Assembly: GCA_002506485.1 (NCBI GenBank)
Contig: DAXQ01000090.1
Span: forward strand, 4,135-50,837
Direction of reading: 5' to 3'
Length of the DNA stretch: 46,703 nucleotides
DNA from: Euryarchaeota archaeon UBA136
GTDB taxonomy: Archaea > Thermoplasmatota > Poseidoniia > MGIII > CG-Epi1
The notes under the pieces were generated by a model. It searched no databases, was not told where the DNA came from, and saw only the letters and a program-made list of their open reading frames with translations. A program made the translations under genes and the position numbers. Below, one piece after another: positions 43,862-46,703 of this stretch. Position 1 is the stretch's first letter; every line of letters starts with the position of its first letter.

Positions 43862-44632
43862 ATGCTTCCATTATCAAGGATGCCAGTAGAGGCCGTACGT
43901 CAAGTTACAACCTTATTGTTTGATTTGGACGGTACCTTTGTCACGGAGGATAATCTGGAATCTGAAACTTACCGTTCTTTAGAGAGGGTTAGGGAAAATG
44001 GGATCAAGACAATAGCAGTTACTGGAAGACCAGCTGGCTGGTGTGATCTCATGGCTCGATGGTGGCCAGTTGATTCCGTTGTTGGAGAGAATGGGGCATT
44101 GGCCTATTCCAAAAAGAGGGGTAAGATTGAAAGGCTGAGTTTTCACAGTCAGGTTGATAAGAGTTCATATCGGAAACGTTTGGATTCATTGTTTGCTGAC
44201 CTTTCAATCAAGTTCCTTGGTATTAAGCTGGCCGCTGATCAGCCATTCAGACAATGGGATATTGCAGTTGATACGGCCGAAGAATCAGAAATATCACTTC
44301 AAACAGCTATAGAGATTGCCGATTATTGCGAGGAAAGAGGAGCCAAGGCCTCAATTTCCAATATTCACGTAAATATTTGGTTCGGCGATTATAACAAACA
44401 GGAAATGTCCCTTAGGGTTCTGGAAAGCCTGGGAGAGGATGCAAGCACGGCCATGTATATTGGCGATTCACCGAATGATTCTCCTATGTTCGGTTATTTT
44501 CCCTTGTCTATCGGCGTCCGTTCGGTCCTGAAATACAAGGATATAATAGACAATCACCCAGTTTATGTCACAAATGGGGATGGCTCCCAGGGCTTTGTTG
44601 AATTAGTGGATTATATTATTTCGACCAGGTGA
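43862..44632 (+). CDS. HAD-IIB family sugar-phosphate phosphatase
   Basis: Motif I LLFDLDGTF, motif II VTGR, and motif IV GDSPNDSPMF. A cap-type insert lies between motifs II and III. Confidence 0.75.
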   Translation: MLPLSRMPVEAVRQVTTLLFDLDGTFVTEDNLESETYRSLERVRENGIKTIAVTGRPAGWCDLMARWWPVDSVVGENGALAYSKKRGKIERLSFHSQVDKSSYRKRLDSLFADLSIKFLGIKLAADQPFRQWDIAVDTAEESEISLQTAIEIADYCEERGAKASISNIHVNIWFGDYNKQEMSLRVLESLGEDASTAMYIGDSPNDSPMFGYFPLSIGVRSVLKYKDIIDNHPVYVTNGDGSQGFVELVDYIISTR

Positions 44633-45092
44633 CGCCCTTCTGATTTTGATAGTTCCCACTTCTTTCAGAATACAATGATCTTGCAGGTCCGGATAGCATC
44701 TCGAATACGACTTGGGCAAATGTTGTCCCAACACTTATTGAAACATCCTCGTCGCTGGAATTGAAACCGAGTAGTGTCAAAGTTCCATCGAAACCAGAAT
44801 CTATCTTTCCGAAGCTACAGGCTATTCCTTTTCTGGCCCAACTGGTCCGTAACCATAGTTGGGCACATAGATTTGCACCACATGAAATCCTTTCCTTCGT
44901 GGAGATCGCAAATCTGGCTCCTGCAGGAATATTCAGGGATCCTTTGGATACCTTGGATTTTTGAGGAATCTCTATTTCATCTATGGTCAGGTCATATCCA
45001 TTCGGTGTGAGATTGTCAGCATTGAATGGTTCAATCTCCAATTCCCCGAGATCGATTGCAGATAAGATGGCCTCATCTGATAAGACCGTCAT
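44616..45092 (-). CDS. dcd: dCTP deaminase / archaeal dUTPase family protein (158 aa)
   Basis: N-terminus ILSDEAILSAI..GELEIEPF....L.PNGYDLT, and GKIDSGFDG. The short length suggests the dUTPase-type member. Its 3' end overlaps the convergent HAD gene by 17 nt. Confidence 0.78.
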   Translation of the reverse strand: MTVLSDEAILSAIDLGELEIEPFNADNLTPNGYDLTIDEIEIPQKSKVSKGSLNIPAGARFAISTKERISCGANLCAQLWLRTSWARKGIACSFGKIDSGFDGTLTLLGFNSSDEDVSISVGTTFAQVVFEMLSGPARSLYSERSGNYQNQKGVTWSK

Positions 45093-46366
45093 TTCTTTTC
45101 TCTTATTTCCTTCAGGAATTTCTCAGCCATATCGGCCCGTACTTTACCTGACCTCTTCAACATTTCAGCCAGTTCATTAATCTCATCCTTGCCAGCTCCA
45201 GCCTGAACTGCTAAATTCCTGGCGTGTAATCCCATATGTCCTCTCTGAATTCCTTCTGAGGCCAATGCTCTAAGGGCTCCCAGATTCTGGCAAAGTCCTA
45301 CTGAGCAGATAATCTGTGACAGTACGGCGGCACCTCCTGGAATCTCCAGATTGAGAATCTTAACACATGCTTTTGCAGTAGGGTGGGTTGCTGTGGCTCC
45401 TCCAACAAGTCCAACAGCCATTGGAAGTTCTATACTTCCCTTGAGATTTCCATCCTCAGTCTTTTCCCAGTCAGTAAATGAGGAATGTCCTTCCTTCCAC
45501 TGACCATATGTGTGAGCCCCGGCCTCAATAGCCCGCCAATCATTTCCGGTTGCTATAACCACCGGATCAATTCCATTCATTATTCCCTTGTTGTGCGTGG
45601 CGACTCTGAATGGGTCCGCACAGGCAAAAGCAAAAGCCTCGATTATTCCGTCTACAACCTCTTCACCCCCAAGGAATTCAGCGGGCCAGACTGCGTCTGC
45701 TCTGGTTTTGCGATAAATTGCCAGATTCGATATAATTCTAAGGTATACTCTCCCTCCAGTTATGGTCTCCAGTCTAGGAGCTACGGCCTCAGCCATGGTA
45801 TTCACCGCATTGGCTCCCATCGCATCCCTGCAATCCACCAGTAGATGAGTTATTACCATCGGTCCGGTCTTCGAGTCCAGGACCCTCACCTCGATATCTT
45901 TACACCCACCTCCAAATTTGACCAGAATCGGATCCTGCTCGTTTGCTAAATCGACAATCTCATCTTTTTTAGATAGGATTTTTTCCTTGGCAGCAAAAGG
46001 GTCCTCCAGATTTACCAATTGTATCTGTCCAATCATAACAGGTTGGTCTGATTCAGCAGTAATCCCGCCAGTTTCTCGAGTCCCTTTGGCCATATGAGTG
46101 GCTGCTGCTACGACAGATGGTTCCTCAAGGGCCATGGGGACCATATAGTCCTTACCATTTACCATAAAATTGGCTGCAATTCCCAGAGGCAATGGGAAGG
46201 TTCCAACTACATTCTCTATCATTCGATTTGCGGTTTCCTGACCCAGAGCACCATAATCACTTATTGCAGATGCCTCTTCACTAGATAATTTGGCAAAGTC
46301 TTTAACATATTCTAATCTTTCAGAGGGTTTTTTCTTGTAAAAACCGGGTGCTTCTGAGCTGGTCAT
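45089..46366 (-). CDS. hmgA: Hydroxymethylglutaryl-CoA reductase, class II-like
   Basis: ENVVGTFPLPLGIA, LEEPSVVAAA, DAMGANAVNT and GHMGLHARN. 425 aa is typical of class II enzymes. ATGA overlap with dcd. Confidence 0.9.
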   Translation of the reverse strand: MTSSEAPGFYKKKPSERLEYVKDFAKLSSEEASAISDYGALGQETANRMIENVVGTFPLPLGIAANFMVNGKDYMVPMALEEPSVVAAATHMAKGTRETGGITAESDQPVMIGQIQLVNLEDPFAAKEKILSKKDEIVDLANEQDPILVKFGGGCKDIEVRVLDSKTGPMVITHLLVDCRDAMGANAVNTMAEAVAPRLETITGGRVYLRIISNLAIYRKTRADAVWPAEFLGGEEVVDGIIEAFAFACADPFRVATHNKGIMNGIDPVVIATGNDWRAIEAGAHTYGQWKEGHSSFTDWEKTEDGNLKGSIELPMAVGLVGGATATHPTAKACVKILNLEIPGGAAVLSQIICSVGLCQNLGALRALASEGIQRGHMGLHARNLAVQAGAGKDEINELAEMLKRSGKVRADMAEKFLKEIREKK

Positions 46367-46394
46367 GAATGGTCAGTAGCCTATCGCTTAAAGC

Positions 46395-46703
46395 TTACTT
46401 GCCAGTTAGTGGCGTGTCTCCAATCATTCCACAGTGAGGACACATAATCTCCTCGTCATCATCGTCCCCAGAAAATTCACTTTGACACCCTATCTCGCAT
46501 ATGAATATGACTTGCTTGGAAAATTCGCTTCCAGCCTTTACACTAAAGACATTTTTTCTTTCATCTACGTCTTCTGAAATTTGTTCACTTGGGCTTTCGA
46601 CCTCTACAGGTACCAACACTGATCCCTCAGGTTGCAAGTCTTGTTCTCTTCCCCTGAGCATGTAGAATGCTGAGGAGGTAGCAACAGCTAGTAGAACAAC
46701 CGC
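46395..46703 (-). CDS. Partial ORF: membrane-anchored zinc-ribbon-like protein; N-terminus lies beyond the right edge
   Basis: The frame stays open upstream of the track's ATG (46661) to the window end (AVVLLAVATSSAFYMLRG..., TM-like). The C-terminal part has Cx3C...CxxC (CEIGC...CPHC) and an acidic run DDDDEE. Confidence 0.4.
   Translation of the reverse strand, partial: AVVLLAVATSSAFYMLRGREQDLQPEGSVLVPVEVESPSEQISEDVDERKNVFSVKAGSEFSKQVIFICEIGCQSEFSGDDDDEEIMCPHCGMIGDTPLTGK

Noticed and set aside
45485-45844. 119-aa plus-strand ORF antisense to hmgA
   Set aside because: It lies inside the most conserved part of HMG-CoA reductase. It has no independent signals.
1-46703. Scan for tRNA/rRNA genes, CRISPR arrays, transposases, integrases, reverse transcriptases (DGR/retron), toxin-antitoxin pairs and known defence genes
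   Set aside because: No spacer longer than about 180 nt exists. The larger spacers (957-1135, 10727-10899, 25391-25538) lack T-loop/D-loop or C/D-box patterns by eye. No ORF shows DDE, tyrosine-recombinase, RT (YxDD), Cas or nuclease/NTPase defence-type motifs. An Infernal/tRNAscan run would be needed to be definitive.

Overview
This 46.7-kb window is a densely packed chromosomal segment, about 45 genes and more than 90% coding, from an archaeon. Archaeal identity rests on the informational genes: aIF-1A/Rio1/KH-protein cluster, TFB-Gar1, L10e, DTD2-type deacylase, Nog1-type GTPase and FtsZ plus SepF. Combined with a class-II-like HMG-CoA reductase, isopentenyl phosphate kinase, an aerobic heterotroph gene set and very large secreted proteins, this suggests a Thermoplasmatota / Marine-Group-II-like organism; that placement is inference only. 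Metabolic content: glycine cleavage T/H, proline dehydrogenase, isocitrate dehydrogenase, sdhCAB, sucCD, urocanase, and a bacterial-looking purine salvage block (permease-apt-hpt-guaC-guaB). I found no rRNA, tRNA, CRISPR array, transposase, integrase or recognisable defence genes. No single obviously new multi-gene system stands out. The most interesting leads are: (1) a tandem ribbon-helix-helix gene 6 nt upstream of ftsZ with a leaderless-type promoter and an upstream palindrome; (2) two giant surface proteins (1758 aa and 1139 aa) sharing a tripartite C-terminal sorting-signal-like tail; (3) an aIF-1A with a Lys/Glu-rich N-terminal extension encoded by 21-bp tandem repeats; (4) a QueD/PTPS-like ORF at the left edge whose three Zn-ligand histidines all appear replaced; (5) a G-quadruplex-capable GC-rich hairpin between sdhB and hutU; (6) a small internally duplicated ORF translationally coupled to rpl10e; (7) a LysE-family gene broken by a 1-nt frameshift in a T-run. 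Several track ORF starts were revised using TATA-box spacing and homologue N-termini. All homology calls come from motif recognition by eye; no searches were run.
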